This document shows positions 46,788 through 56,358 of a stretch of DNA of 64,000 nt, piece by piece. The notes below the pieces were generated by a model. The model made no database searches. It was not told the DNA's origin and saw nothing but the letters and a program-made list of their open reading frames with translations. Position numbers and translations under genes: made by a program. The DNA is taken from positions 32,001 to 96,000 of the IMG/VR virus record IMGVR_UViG_3300047089_000307; one strand, written 5' to 3'. The stretch's first letter is position 1. Every line of letters begins with the position of its first letter. The stretch comes from a virus.

Positions 46788-47575
46788 TGGAGAGGAAGAC
46801 CTTGATCAAGCGCATCCTGGCTGTCCTGGCGATGTCCGCCGGGCTGGCCGTCCTCCCTGCCGCGCAGGCCCTGGCAGCGCCTTCAGCGCCAGCGGCCACC
46901 GCCGCGGCTGCCTCGCAGGCCACCGCGCTCCCCGAGCTGGCGGCCCCGGCGGGACTGCGCGCGGCGGTCGCCCCGCACCGGGCAGTCCTGCGCTGGAACG
47001 CCGTCCGCGGCGCCAGTGACTACGAGCTGCGCATCACCGGGCCATCCCGCTTCGACCGGGTGGTGCCCGATGGCCTGCGGCATGCCGGGGTCACTGTCGT
47101 GCTGGCACCGGGACGGTACTCTGCCGCGGTGCGCGCCGGGCGGTCAGTCCATGACGTGCACGGGCACTGGTCGGCGGCCCTGGGCTTCACCGTGCCCGGC
47201 TCGCACCCGGTGACGACCGGGTCATCCCTGGCGGCCCGCGCGCTGGCCTGGGCATTCGCTCAGGCGGGCAAGCCGTACGTATGGGGCGGCTCCGGCCCTG
47301 GCGGATTCGACTGCTCGGGCCTGGTGATGGCCGCTTACCTGCACGCGGACGGCATCTCCCTGCCGCACAACACGGTGGCGATGCTCGGCTCGGGCAAGCT
47401 CGCGCGCACGTACAGCCCGCAGCCGGGAGACGCGGCCTTCTACGGCACCGGCCACGTGGAGCTGTACGTCCGGTCAGGGGTGACGTGGGGCGCGCACCAC
47501 TCCGGCACGGTGATCGGCTTCACGTACTACGCCGGGAGCTCCTGGAGGCCCACCGCTTTTTACCGGGTCGTGTAG
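46778..47575 (+). CDS. secreted NlpC/P60 (C40) peptidase with Fn3-like domain
   Basis: GKPYVWGGSGPGGFDCSGLV..PGD..GHVELY. Confidence 0.92.
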   Translation: MPVMERKTLIKRILAVLAMSAGLAVLPAAQALAAPSAPAATAAAASQATALPELAAPAGLRAAVAPHRAVLRWNAVRGASDYELRITGPSRFDRVVPDGLRHAGVTVVLAPGRYSAAVRAGRSVHDVHGHWSAALGFTVPGSHPVTTGSSLAARALAWAFAQAGKPYVWGGSGPGGFDCSGLVMAAYLHADGISLPHNTVAMLGSGKLARTYSPQPGDAAFYGTGHVELYVRSGVTWGAHHSGTVIGFTYYAGSSWRPTAFYRVV

Positions 47576-47592
47576 CCCCCTCCCGGTAGACA

Positions 47593-47631
47593 GGAAGGCC
47601 CTCTGCCCTCCCCCCCAGCAGAGGGCCTTCC
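47593..47631 (+). terminator. hairpin, probable terminator
   Basis: GGAAGGCCCTCTG...CAGAGGGCCTTCC. Confidence 0.6.
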
Positions 47632-47707
47632 GCCTGCCCGGACGACCGCAACAGACTTTTATAAGGTACGCTGCCTCTCGCAGGCAATCACCTCTGAAAG
47701 GCAGCAA

Positions 47708-48424
47708 ATGACCTTGTCCGGAAAGCGCCTCGCGGCGGCAGCCGTTGCGGCCATCGCCCTCACGGGAACAGCCGCCGGAGCCGCGTACGCGGCAGGCGCC
47801 GCCACCGTCATCCAGCCGAAGGCCGTGTACGCCTGCGAGGGCAGCGGGCACGTCGCGGTGACGTTCCTGTCCACGCCGTCCGCAACCTGCCCGGCCGGAA
47901 CCACGTCCATCATCGTCGGCGCGCAGGGACCGAAGGGCAGCACGGGCGCGGCCGGCCCGCAAGGTGACGCCGGAGCGCAGGGACCGTCCGGGGTAGTAAG
48001 CGCGGGCGTCCACGATCTCGGCGCCGTCGCCAGCGTGCCGACAGGAGGCGGGTTCGTCGCCAACTCCACGGAAGTCGGCACGGTCAGCCTGCCCGCGGGC
48101 ACTTACCAGCTGAGCCTGGCCGCCAAGGCCACCCCGCCCTCCGGCGGCACCGGGGCAGTCGAGGAGTTTCCCCAGTTCTTCGTCTACGACCAGGTAAAGA
48201 ACAGCGGTTTCACCGGGGACCTGCTGAATGCCGGCGCCGGCGCGCTGGAGTCCGGGACGCACGCCACGATTGACAGCTACTTCAGCGGGTCCGGGCTATT
48301 CACGCTGAGCACGGCTACCACGCTGCACGTCTACGCATTCGGCTACGACTCCGATACTGGCGCGGGCAGTTATGTCCTGGACGACCTGGCAATTACGGCG
48401 ATCCAGGTCGTTCCCGCAGCCTGA
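47708..48424 (+). CDS. secreted protein with short collagen-like segment
   Basis: Signal peptide; GAQGPKGSTGAAGPQGDAGAQGPSG. Confidence 0.65.
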   Translation: MTLSGKRLAAAAVAAIALTGTAAGAAYAAGAATVIQPKAVYACEGSGHVAVTFLSTPSATCPAGTTSIIVGAQGPKGSTGAAGPQGDAGAQGPSGVVSAGVHDLGAVASVPTGGGFVANSTEVGTVSLPAGTYQLSLAAKATPPSGGTGAVEEFPQFFVYDQVKNSGFTGDLLNAGAGALESGTHATIDSYFSGSGLFTLSTATTLHVYAFGYDSDTGAGSYVLDDLAITAIQVVPAA

Positions 48425-48446
48425 GCGCGTACGCCGCCCCTGTGCC

Positions 48447-48490
48447 CGAAGGCCCCTCGCATGGCGACGTGCGAGGGGCCTTCGCCTTTT
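48447..48490. terminator. intrinsic terminator between convergent genes
   Basis: CGAAGGCCCCTCGCA...TGCGAGGGGCCTTCG followed by CCTTTT. Confidence 0.8.
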
Positions 48491-48900
48491 CAGTGACCGT
48501 TCTCGTCGCGGGATAGCTGCTGCTGATCGGTCAGCCCGGGGGTGAGGCGCCCGTCATGACGGGGATTAGGGTAATCGGAGTGCTTGCGGGCTCCCCTGCG
48601 CTGCTCGAACCAGATCATGACCGCCCGCCAGGCGACGATGCCGACGATTGCCGAGAGGAAGAAGGCCGCGACCCACTGGAGTACGTCGGAGGAGATCCCG
48701 AAGTCAAGGAACAGCCACGAGCCGAAGAGCGTGCCGGCGATGCACAGTTCCAGGATGACGATGTTGCGGCCCCACCAGGACTGCCACCAGGGCCAGTAGA
48801 CGGACGTGACCGGGACGAACAGCAGTGACGTGATGAACGCCGCGTTGATGAGCACGTGGTCGATGACCGTGAGAACGTGATCCTGTGGCAAACCCCTCAC
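48490..48900 (-). CDS. membrane protein (holin-like)
   Basis: Three TM segments; WWQSWWGRNI. Confidence 0.6.
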   Translation of the reverse strand: MRGLPQDHVLTVIDHVLINAAFITSLLFVPVTSVYWPWWQSWWGRNIVILELCIAGTLFGSWLFLDFGISSDVLQWVAAFFLSAIVGIVAWRAVMIWFEQRRGARKHSDYPNPRHDGRLTPGLTDQQQLSRDENGH

Positions 48901-49094
48901 CCTCCCCGGTGCCGGGCCGCCCGCGTGATGAGGACATCAAGCCGGGCTGACACGTGGTTGTCCTGCCGCATCTCGCTGAGCGGGACTACCACATTATGCC
49001 GTGCCGCACGCAGCCGGGCCTCTGCCGCCTCGCGGGCCTCTCGGGCCTCGCGGGCGTCATTGCTCTCGGTCCGCACCCAGAATCTCCACCTCAT
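48897..49094 (-). CDS. small hypothetical protein
   Basis: Coupled; AREAREAREA, RQDNHV. Confidence 0.55.
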   Translation of the reverse strand: MRWRFWVRTESNDAREAREAREAAEARLRAARHNVVVPLSEMRQDNHVSARLDVLITRAARHRGG

Positions 49095-49348
49095 GGGCCT
49101 GGCTGCTTCCCTGCCTCAACTGCGATGCGCTTCATCGCGGCAAAAAGCTCCTTGGCGGCGCCACCCTGGTCAAGTACCTGCTCGGCGACCTTCTGGTTGA
49201 GCTCGGCGGCGGCCTTCCAGTCATCACGCTGCTTGCGCATGTCGTCCAGCTCGCCCTTGCGGACAACCTGGCCTGAGATGAGAAGGCCAATGAAGACGAC
49301 GATCGCCCCGCCGTTCTCCAGCAGGGTGATGATGTCATGCGCTCCCAA
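49091..49348 (-). CDS. small membrane protein with coiled coil
   Basis: TM then GQVVRKGELDDMRKQRDDWK. Confidence 0.6.
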   Translation of the reverse strand: MGAHDIITLLENGGAIVVFIGLLISGQVVRKGELDDMRKQRDDWKAAAELNQKVAEQVLDQGGAAKELFAAMKRIAVEAGKQPGP

Positions 49349-49466
49349 CCCACTACCTCATCTGCCCTGACGCGGAATTCGTAGTCCAGGGAGATGCCGG
49401 CCGGAAGGCGCTCAGCTCCTTGCACGGGAGTTTACGCCGGGAGCCGTGCTTAAACGAGGACCAGCG

Positions 49467-49754
49467 TTACAGGAGGGCAGTCTCCAGGCGCGACGGCCCG
49501 CAGGAGGAAGGGCAGTAATGACCCGCCCGGTCGAAGGTGACGGCGCACCCGGCCGCGATGACGGCCTCCTCGCGGGTGGCGCTCAGGCCGCCGTTGAGCC
49601 GCTGGCCGTCCAGGTACAGGTGCCAGTACCAGCCGGCCTCGCCCATGTCGGTGATCCGGCGCTCATACTCCCCGCGGTGCCGCGCCTCCGTTCCCCGCCG
49701 CAGGGCGACAGCCAGCTCTGCGGGCAGGGAAGCGGCCGTCGCGTCCTCGCTCAC
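49467..49754 (-). CDS. hypothetical protein
   Basis: Coupled ORF. Confidence 0.4.
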   Translation of the reverse strand: MSEDATAASLPAELAVALRRGTEARHRGEYERRITDMGEAGWYWHLYLDGQRLNGGLSATREEAVIAAGCAVTFDRAGHYCPSSCGPSRLETALL

Positions 49755-50173
49755 GCCGGGCCGGCGCACCCGGGCTCGTGGCCGGAGAGCGCCTCGCACC
49801 GCGGGCAGGGAACGCGGAACACGGGCTCGCGGAACACGGGGATCACGCTCCCGGGGGGCAGGAGGTCCGCCGGCTCGCAGCCCAGCGCGTCGCACATCTG
49901 AGCGAGGGTGGCGGTCTTCGGCCTGCGGTGGCCGTTCTCGATCTTGGCGATGGCGTCCGGCGTGATGGTGTACTTGCCCTCACTCGGGCACAGTGCCTCG
50001 TGGCTGTACGGCCGGCCGCAATGCGAGCACGGGCCGTTGCTCATCGCCTCAGCCAGCTGCGCCCGGTTCATCAGCCTGCTCTGGCGCATGCGGACAAGGC
50101 GGGCGCGGTCAATGTCGATTCCCGCGCCCGGTCGCTTGATGGCAGTGGTCCCTGCCCTTCCGCTGCTGGTCAT
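49751..50173 (-). CDS. XRE-family HTH regulator with inserted Cys/His finger
   Basis: MNRAQLAEA..IAKIENGHRRPKTATLAQMCDALGCEPADL; leaderless TATCAT-6 nt-ATG. Confidence 0.8.
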   Translation of the reverse strand: MTSSGRAGTTAIKRPGAGIDIDRARLVRMRQSRLMNRAQLAEAMSNGPCSHCGRPYSHEALCPSEGKYTITPDAIAKIENGHRRPKTATLAQMCDALGCEPADLLPPGSVIPVFREPVFRVPCPRCEALSGHEPGCAGPA

Positions 50174-50190
50174 CCCGTCATGATACCCCT

Positions 50191-50445
50191 TCAGACTATT
50201 TTGAAGATCAGCAGCATCCCGGGTAACAGCGGCGGCCACCCTGCGGGGCGCAGCAGGTTGTACAGCTCCGTCAGCAGGCGCGGGTCAGTGCGCCAGTTGT
50301 GGTTCCCGTTAGAGAAGGCTTCCGGTGACGTGCACCGGCAGCAGCTCCCCATGGCGCCCAGGACCTCGCCGAGCGTCTGGGCGATCATGTCCGCCTCAAG
50401 CCGGGGGACCTTGATGGTGACCTCGGTCTGCTGGGTGACGTTCAC
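50191..50445 (-). CDS. hypothetical protein
   Basis: Coupled ORF. Confidence 0.4.
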   Translation of the reverse strand: MNVTQQTEVTIKVPRLEADMIAQTLGEVLGAMGSCCRCTSPEAFSNGNHNWRTDPRLLTELYNLLRPAGWPPLLPGMLLIFKIV

Positions 50446-50957
50446 GGTCGAGGTGCTTCTCCGGCTGGCAGGTCGTAGATGGTGACCGGGACGCCGCGCC
50501 GGCACAGGGACCACTCGATGACTGGCCGTACCTGGTCCCAGCGGCCCCCGCCCAGCCCGCAGCCGATCCGCGGCATGTGCACGGAGGCACCGGTCTTGCG
50601 GGCCTCCTCACCGACCGCCCGCAGCGCGCCGCCGAGCTCGGCGTACCGGACCGGCGGCAGCCCGTCGCCGGCGGGCGAGCTGGCAGTGCCCCGCTGCGCG
50701 ATCATGTTGGCCACCACCGTCTGGTCATCGACGCGGACCAGCTGCGTGTACCCGAGCTCGAAGTGCGGCCCCTCCCGCGCCCACAGCCGGTATTCCTCCT
50801 CCGGCTCCGGCCACCGCGCGGAGATGGCCATGACGAACCCGGAGCCCCAGGCGCCGATGTCGTTGCAGACGTGCGCGATGATGCGCTGCCCGTCCGCCTG
50901 CGGCATCGTGGCGTCCCCGGTGACGTACAGCAGCGGTGCCCGCTGGATGGTGATCAT
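50442..50957 (-). CDS. macrodomain protein (ADP-ribosyl hydrolase-like)
   Basis: YVTGDAT..IIAHVCNDIGAWGSGF..MPRIGCGLGGGRW. Confidence 0.88.
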   Translation of the reverse strand: MITIQRAPLLYVTGDATMPQADGQRIIAHVCNDIGAWGSGFVMAISARWPEPEEEYRLWAREGPHFELGYTQLVRVDDQTVVANMIAQRGTASSPAGDGLPPVRYAELGGALRAVGEEARKTGASVHMPRIGCGLGGGRWDQVRPVIEWSLCRRGVPVTIYDLPAGEAPRP

Positions 50958-51166
50958 TAGCAGCTCCCGAACTTAAAGGACATGAACCCGGCCTCGTCTC
51001 CGGATGAGGGGGTGAGGAAACCCAGGGCCTTCAGCCGCTGCACGTCCTCAGGCGTCACCAGCGCCGGGTCAATGTTCACCCACAGCACGTCGTGCTCGCA
51101 GACGGTCGGGCTCTCCGGATTGCCGTACTTGCGGAAGATGACCAGTGCCGCGATCAGGTCATCCAT
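50957..51166 (-). CDS. hypothetical protein
   Basis: MDDLIAALVIFRKY..CEHD; SD. Confidence 0.6.
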   Translation of the reverse strand: MDDLIAALVIFRKYGNPESPTVCEHDVLWVNIDPALVTPEDVQRLKALGFLTPSSGDEAGFMSFKFGSC

Positions 51167-51392
51167 GACTCTCCTCCTGCTCTCGCCTGCGTGCCTGCCT
51201 GGCCTCCCGGCCCGAGGGGCAGCCCTGCCATGGCGCTGCCTCAACCTCGCAGACGGTGCGCCCGGCATCCAGGAGGGACTGCACGGCCATCTCATTCGTT
51301 ATCCCGTGACCTTTGACCTCACCGGGCAGCGGACTGACGACGAACCAGGACGGCTCCTCGGGATCACTCCCGTGACTGATCTGCACTTTCAC
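51159..51392 (-). CDS. hypothetical protein
   Basis: Coupled ORF. Confidence 0.4.
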   Translation of the reverse strand: MKVQISHGSDPEEPSWFVVSPLPGEVKGHGITNEMAVQSLLDAGRTVCEVEAAPWQGCPSGREARQARRREQEESHG

Positions 51393-51759
51393 TTGCTTCC
51401 TCTCTCGTGTGCGCGGCCACGAAGGTGGCGTAGCGCAGGACGAGCCCGCGGTCCCTCTCCCCCAGCCTCGCGAAGATCCGGAGGAGCTCTTCCCGGGCAT
51501 GCTCGGCCACGGCGGCCTCCTCACCGAGCAGGTAGCCGGCGCTGACCTGGTAGATGCTCGCCAGCCGGCGCAGCTCCAGCCCGGTAACCTTGCGCTTGCC
51601 GTTCTCGATGGCGGAGACGACGGACCTGACGTACCCGAGCCGGGCCGCCACCTCGTCCTGGGACAGCCTCGCGGCGGCCCGGCTACCGCGCAGCCTGGCG
51701 GCCAGTGCCCGCTCGTCCTGCCGCTGGCCGGCCGCGGCGCGCAGCTCGGGCAGGCTCAC
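51364..51759 (-). CDS. XRE-family HTH regulator
   Basis: LSQDEVAARLGYVRSVVSAIENGKRKV. Confidence 0.88.
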   Translation of the reverse strand: MSLPELRAAAGQRQDERALAARLRGSRAAARLSQDEVAARLGYVRSVVSAIENGKRKVTGLELRRLASIYQVSAGYLLGEEAAVAEHAREELLRIFARLGERDRGLVLRYATFVAAHTREEASESADQSRE

Positions 51760-51934
51760 TGGGGGACCTCCGTCCCCAGGCCCTCAGCGCTGAAGCGCAG
51801 TACCCGGCCGTCATTCACGACGACGACCATGGACCCGTCATCCAGCTGGCACATGATCCCGCTGGCCTCCTCCAGGTACATGCCCTTGGTCGTCCACGCG
51901 TCACCGGTTGTCTTGTGCAGGCCGAGGTACACCC

Positions 51935-52981
51935 TCACTGGGTGACCTCCCCGGGCGGGACGCACGCGAGCATGCCCTTGAGGGTCGCGAAGACCCGGGC
52001 CTCGGGGTACATGAGGCCGAGCAGCTCCATGATGACGCCCAGCCAGGCGTCTGCGCGCTGGCGGGATTCCGCTATCTCCCGCTCGCGGTCCCCGGCCCCC
52101 TCGGCGGACAGCTCCGGGACCGCGGGCTCATACGGCGAGAGCTGCTGCCACGAGCCGTAGTACGGTCCCGGGACCGGGTCCGGGGTGGCGGCGACGTCGA
52201 TGGTGAACGCCGGCACCAGGGCGATGATCCGGCCCTTCTGCGCGCGGAATCCCTTGGAGCCGATCACCACCCGGCCGGTGCCCTCCATGATGCCGAACAC
52301 CGGGAGCTTGTCGTGCCAGGTCTGGTCGGCCATCTTCCAGTAGCCCCAGAAGCCGCAGCCGCACGAGCCCTTGCGCACGGGGTCGTACTCGACCGGCGGC
52401 TCGTGATCCTGGAAGTTCTTGCACCGGGCCTCCACGATGCCAGGCGGCCAGGCGAACCCGGTGACGCCGGTCAGCAGCGGGGGCTCGCTGCCCGGATGCC
52501 ACAGGGCCTCGGTGCAGGGCCGCTGGTCGGTGGCCATGATGGTGTGCAGCAGGGAGTCGAACGGCAGCTTCCACTGCCTCAGCCCGTGCACGCTGCCGAT
52601 GGCGAGCTCGTAATCGTCGCTGCCCTTGGCCCTGGCCCCGTCGAACCCCGTGACGCCGCCGTTCCCCAGCCGGGAGCCCTGCGCGGGGAAGCCGAAGAGG
52701 CTCGCGAGCGACGCTGAGGACGCGGTCGTCCCGGAGAAGGTCCCGCTGGCCTTCCTGATCGTGATGCTCACGCACTCCGTGCACAGGCAGTGCCCCGGCC
52801 CCGGGGTCGTGCCGCATGAGCCTGTGCACGTGCAGGCCGGGTTCTTCCGGCCGGGACAGGCAGCCTGGGTCATGCCCGTCTTTCCCTTTCTCGGCGTGCG
52901 CGTCACCCAGTGCAGGGCCGTCCCCCAGACGAGGATGAAGACCGCGAACTGGATGATGCGCATGATGGTCGTCACTGTCAC
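51935..52981 (-). CDS. Cys-rich phage hypothetical protein
   Basis: EARC..HEPP..CGCGFWG..GFRA pattern; start uncertain (52873 possible). Confidence 0.6.
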   Translation of the reverse strand: MTVTTIMRIIQFAVFILVWGTALHWVTRTPRKGKTGMTQAACPGRKNPACTCTGSCGTTPGPGHCLCTECVSITIRKASGTFSGTTASSASLASLFGFPAQGSRLGNGGVTGFDGARAKGSDDYELAIGSVHGLRQWKLPFDSLLHTIMATDQRPCTEALWHPGSEPPLLTGVTGFAWPPGIVEARCKNFQDHEPPVEYDPVRKGSCGCGFWGYWKMADQTWHDKLPVFGIMEGTGRVVIGSKGFRAQKGRIIALVPAFTIDVAATPDPVPGPYYGSWQQLSPYEPAVPELSAEGAGDREREIAESRQRADAWLGVIMELLGLMYPEARVFATLKGMLACVPPGEVTQ

Positions 52982-53514
52982 GCCGGAACTTCCTCCGGCA
53001 CCCGCACTGGCTCAATGACAGGCTCTGGCGTGATCTCAGGTACCGGCTCGGTGGCCGGCATCGGCTCCAGGATGCGCCGCTTCAGTGGCTCGTCAGTCCC
53101 GATGTCTCCCATGCTCTCTTCCTCCTTTCCTGTCATCATGCCGCCCGGGGCGGCTGGCGGAGCAGCAGGACGACGTCAGCCATCATTGTGAAAGAGGTAC
53201 AGCACTGACGTGCACCCCATGCAGATATGGCTGAACTCGCCCGGCTTCAGGCTCGCGGCAGGCTCGGACCCGATCGCGCCGTGGCGGCGGTGCCACCACA
53301 GCCACAGGCGCTCGCTCAGCCGCCGCCAGCGCTCAGCCATCGGCTGCCGGGTCCTCCTCGTCCGTCACTGACGTGCGCGAGTGCGGGTCCGGGACGATGC
53401 GACCGTGCTTGAGGATGTGCCTGGCCCAGCGGTCGTGCCGCACCAGCTGGCCGCAGTCGGAGCAGATATGGCTGCGCACCCCTGTCACCTGCCCTTCCGT
53501 GCCTCGGATGTACT

Positions 53515-53532
53515 AGTCTCTTAGAGTATCAC
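53515..53532 (-). promoter_or_regulatory. leftward promoter, extended -10 (TGaTACTCT)
   Basis: At the switch between - and + gene blocks; near-identical to 5441-5455. Confidence 0.5.
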
Positions 53533-53788
53533 ATTCGCCGGGAAAGCCGCCTGGCCTGCTAGTAGCATAGACTCCTGGAGACTCTTACACAGTCCGGGAG
53601 ATGCTGATGATCTGTCCCGCGTGCCGGGAGCGCAAGCACGGTGACTGCCCCGAGCTGGCTCGCCAGAAGGCCCTGAACGGCATTGCCGTCCTGGGGTCAC
53701 AGTGGTGCGAGTGCCAGCACAAGGGCGCTGACCTCCAGTCGCCATCCATGCTCCAGCCGGTGTCCTCCAGCGATGATGAGGGCGGGGC

Positions 53789-54121
53789 GTGAGCGGCGAG
53801 CCCAGGCCGCGCCTGTCGGTGACGGTCACGCCCGGCAGCCGCCTGGAGGACCTGATGGCGCGCTACGACATGCTGAAGGCCGAGTACGAGGAGGCCAAGG
53901 CGAGGTGGGAGGAGCTGACGGGCGCGATCAAGGCCGAGGGGACCGCCGCGAGCCCTGGCGTCACGGCGATGACGCTGGCGGGCCCCCCGGGAATGCCGGC
54001 GCTCAGCCTCACGTACGTCGAGTCCTGGCGGCTGGACAGCAAGCGGCTCAAGGAAGAGGACCCGCGCAAGTACGTGCAGTACGCGAAGAAGAGCGCGCAC
54101 TGGGAGCTGCGCGCACTATGA
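53789..54121 (+). CDS. hypothetical protein
   Basis: RLDSKRLKEEDP pattern of phage recombination-region proteins. Confidence 0.6.
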   Translation: MSGEPRPRLSVTVTPGSRLEDLMARYDMLKAEYEEAKARWEELTGAIKAEGTAASPGVTAMTLAGPPGMPALSLTYVESWRLDSKRLKEEDPRKYVQYAKKSAHWELRAL

Positions 54122-54148
54122 AGGACCTCACCGGTCAGGGACCCAGTC

Positions 54149-54448
54149 GTGGGTAACCGGGCGAAGGACGACCTGGAGCCGTGCGGGACCCCGGCCGCGT
54201 ACAAGCGCCATCAGCGGCACGGTGAGGACGTGACCCTGTGCCCGCCCTGCCGCCAGGCCGAGAGCGTGCGCTGCAAGGGGAACGGCTCCGCGCAGCGACG
54301 GCAGGAGCGCATGGGCCCCGTCTGGCGGGAGCGCTACGCGGCCGGCCGCGCCGCCGGGCTGTCCAGCCGGGACGCGCACTCGTACTCGCGCAATAGCGCC
54401 TGGAGCGACCCTCAGGAGTGGAAGGACAGCCGCGATGACGCCCGGTGA
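54149..54448 (+). CDS. Zn-finger hypothetical protein
   Basis: CGTPAAYKRH..CPPC. Confidence 0.55.
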   Translation: MGNRAKDDLEPCGTPAAYKRHQRHGEDVTLCPPCRQAESVRCKGNGSAQRRQERMGPVWRERYAAGRAAGLSSRDAHSYSRNSAWSDPQEWKDSRDDAR

Positions 54449-54770
54449 GCTGGCTGCCGTGAAGGCAGTTGACGAGTGGATCGACGCCGGCGCCTCCGCG
54501 GAGTACCAGGCGCAGCCGCTGGCCCTGCAATGGCTGCGGGTCGGCAAGCTGGCGGAAGAGGAAGGCGAGTCCATCGCGGAGCTGATCTCCGCCACCGGGG
54601 GGAATCCCCGCAAGCCGCATGACCCCGCGGCGCTGGACCGGCTGCTGAAGGAGCTGGCCGACCGGGCGTGGACTGCCATCCTGGCCATTCAGCACTGCAC
54701 GAAGGACACCGCGCGCACGGACGAGGTGCTGGGCGAGGTCCTGGCCAAGATCCGGTCCCGGGTGCCGTGA
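54435..54770 (+). CDS. MazG-like nucleotide pyrophosphohydrolase
   Basis: KLAEEEGE..GGNPRK..KELAD. Confidence 0.75.
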   Translation: MTPGELAAVKAVDEWIDAGASAEYQAQPLALQWLRVGKLAEEEGESIAELISATGGNPRKPHDPAALDRLLKELADRAWTAILAIQHCTKDTARTDEVLGEVLAKIRSRVP

Positions 54771-55032
54771 CGTCGCCGCCGCCGATGCCCCCGAAGTCCA
54801 GCGACGCCTACCTGTGGTGGTCGCTGGGGTCCCTTGACGAGGCCCGGTCCCGGGATGAGTCCCTGTCCCCGCAGGCGAGGGAGCTTCGCGAGGTCCTGGA
54901 GGCACTGGCCCGCGGCCGGCACGGAAGGCAGCCCGTCCTGGCCCGGGACCTCGTTATCACGCTGGCCAACATGTACGCCCCCGATGCCCTGCGGCGCAGG
55001 CACCGGTCATGACCCTCCTGAAAGGAACGACC

Positions 55033-55323
55033 ATGCAGGTGATGATGCCTGTCGGCTGGCGCAAGTCCAGTCACAGCAACCCGAACGGAGCGTGCGTGGA
55101 AGCCGCCAGCTGGCGTAAGTCCGCCAGGTCCAACAGCCAGGGAGCGTGCGTGGAGGCGGCAGCCTACCGCAAGAGCACGCACAGCAATTCGAGTGGCCGC
55201 GGAGAGGCCGGGGGCTGCCCTGGCATCGTCGGCGTCCGGGACAGCAAGCCTGGTGCGGCCAGCCTGGTGCTGGAATTCAGCCCCGGTGCCTGGGCCGCGT
55301 TCACGACCAGGCTGAAGGGATAA
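55033..55323 (+). CDS. DUF397 protein with three tandem RKS motifs
   Basis: WRKSSHS..CVE, WRKSARS..CVE, YRKSTHS; VRDSK..W.AF. Confidence 0.88.
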   Translation: MQVMMPVGWRKSSHSNPNGACVEAASWRKSARSNSQGACVEAAAYRKSTHSNSSGRGEAGGCPGIVGVRDSKPGAASLVLEFSPGAWAAFTTRLKG

Positions 55324-55327
55324 TGCC

Positions 55328-55546
55328 ATGCTGAGCGTTGCCTGCGATGAGTGCGGCCACCTGATTACCGGCGTAGTTCACGCGCGGGGCACCATGCGCG
55401 TCCGGGACGGCGAGCTGCGCCTTGCCTCGGCTACGATGCACTACCACTGGCCGTGCCTGCTGGCCTGGGGCACCCGGACAGCGGTCCAGGAGAAGATCAC
55501 GGTTCCCATGTCCGCTGCCCGCTTACCTGGCAGGAGCTGCTCATGA
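55328..55546 (+). CDS. small Zn-binding protein
   Basis: CDECG..HWPC. Confidence 0.5.
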   Translation: MLSVACDECGHLITGVVHARGTMRVRDGELRLASATMHYHWPCLLAWGTRTAVQEKITVPMSAARLPGRSCS

Positions 55547-56358
55547 CGATCACCCCCGCCGAGTTCATGTCCGCCGCCCCCCGGGGGATGGAGGGAAACT
55601 CGGAATGGAGCAGCCGTTACGCCCGGGAGCTGCGGGGGGTCATCACCCGGCAGGCAACGCTGGCGCCCCGGTCCCAGCAGGTGCACCTCGGTCCCTCCGA
55701 GATCGGGGTCGAGTGCGATAAGCAGGTAGTCGGCAAGCTGGCGGGCATCACGCCGACCAACCACGTCAATGACCCGTGGCCATCGATCGTCGGCACGGCA
55801 GTGCACGCCTGGCTAGCTGCCGCCTTCCACGATGAGAACGTTCGTGAGCACGTCATCCGCTGGGCGGCGGAAGTCAAGGTCACTCCCCATCCGGACCACC
55901 CCGGGACTGCCGACTTGTACGACGCCTGGGAGCAGGCCGTCGTTGACCACAAGGTGCTCGGCGCAACGTCGCTGGCCAAGGTCAAGTCGCCGGCCGGGCC
56001 GTCGAGGAAGTACCGGGTCCAGCTGATCTTGTACGGTGCCGGGTTCCGTGCGCTCGGACTGCCCGTGCGGCGCGTGGTCCTGGCAGCGTATCCCCGGACG
56101 GCATCGACCCTGGACGGGATGTACGTCTGGGATCACGTGCTCACGCCCGAGGACGACGCGCTGGTAGTCAGCGTGCTGGAGCGCACGGCGACGCGAAAGC
56201 TAGTCGCGGCCGAGGTGATGGCCGGGCGGATGAGCCTGAATCAGGTTCCCATGACGCCTGACGACACAGAATGCTATTTCTGCTTCCTGTACCGGCCGCA
56301 GAGCTCCTACGATGGCGGCCCCGGCTGCCCGGGAACGATCACGAGAGGGCGAGGCTGA
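55543..56358 (+). CDS. Cas4-like PD-(D/E)XK exonuclease
   Basis: GPSEIGVEC, GTAVH, GTADL..VDHK, QL..YG, CYFC..CP. Confidence 0.8.
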   Translation: MTITPAEFMSAAPRGMEGNSEWSSRYARELRGVITRQATLAPRSQQVHLGPSEIGVECDKQVVGKLAGITPTNHVNDPWPSIVGTAVHAWLAAAFHDENVREHVIRWAAEVKVTPHPDHPGTADLYDAWEQAVVDHKVLGATSLAKVKSPAGPSRKYRVQLILYGAGFRALGLPVRRVVLAAYPRTASTLDGMYVWDHVLTPEDDALVVSVLERTATRKLVAAEVMAGRMSLNQVPMTPDDTECYFCFLYRPQSSYDGGPGCPGTITRGRG

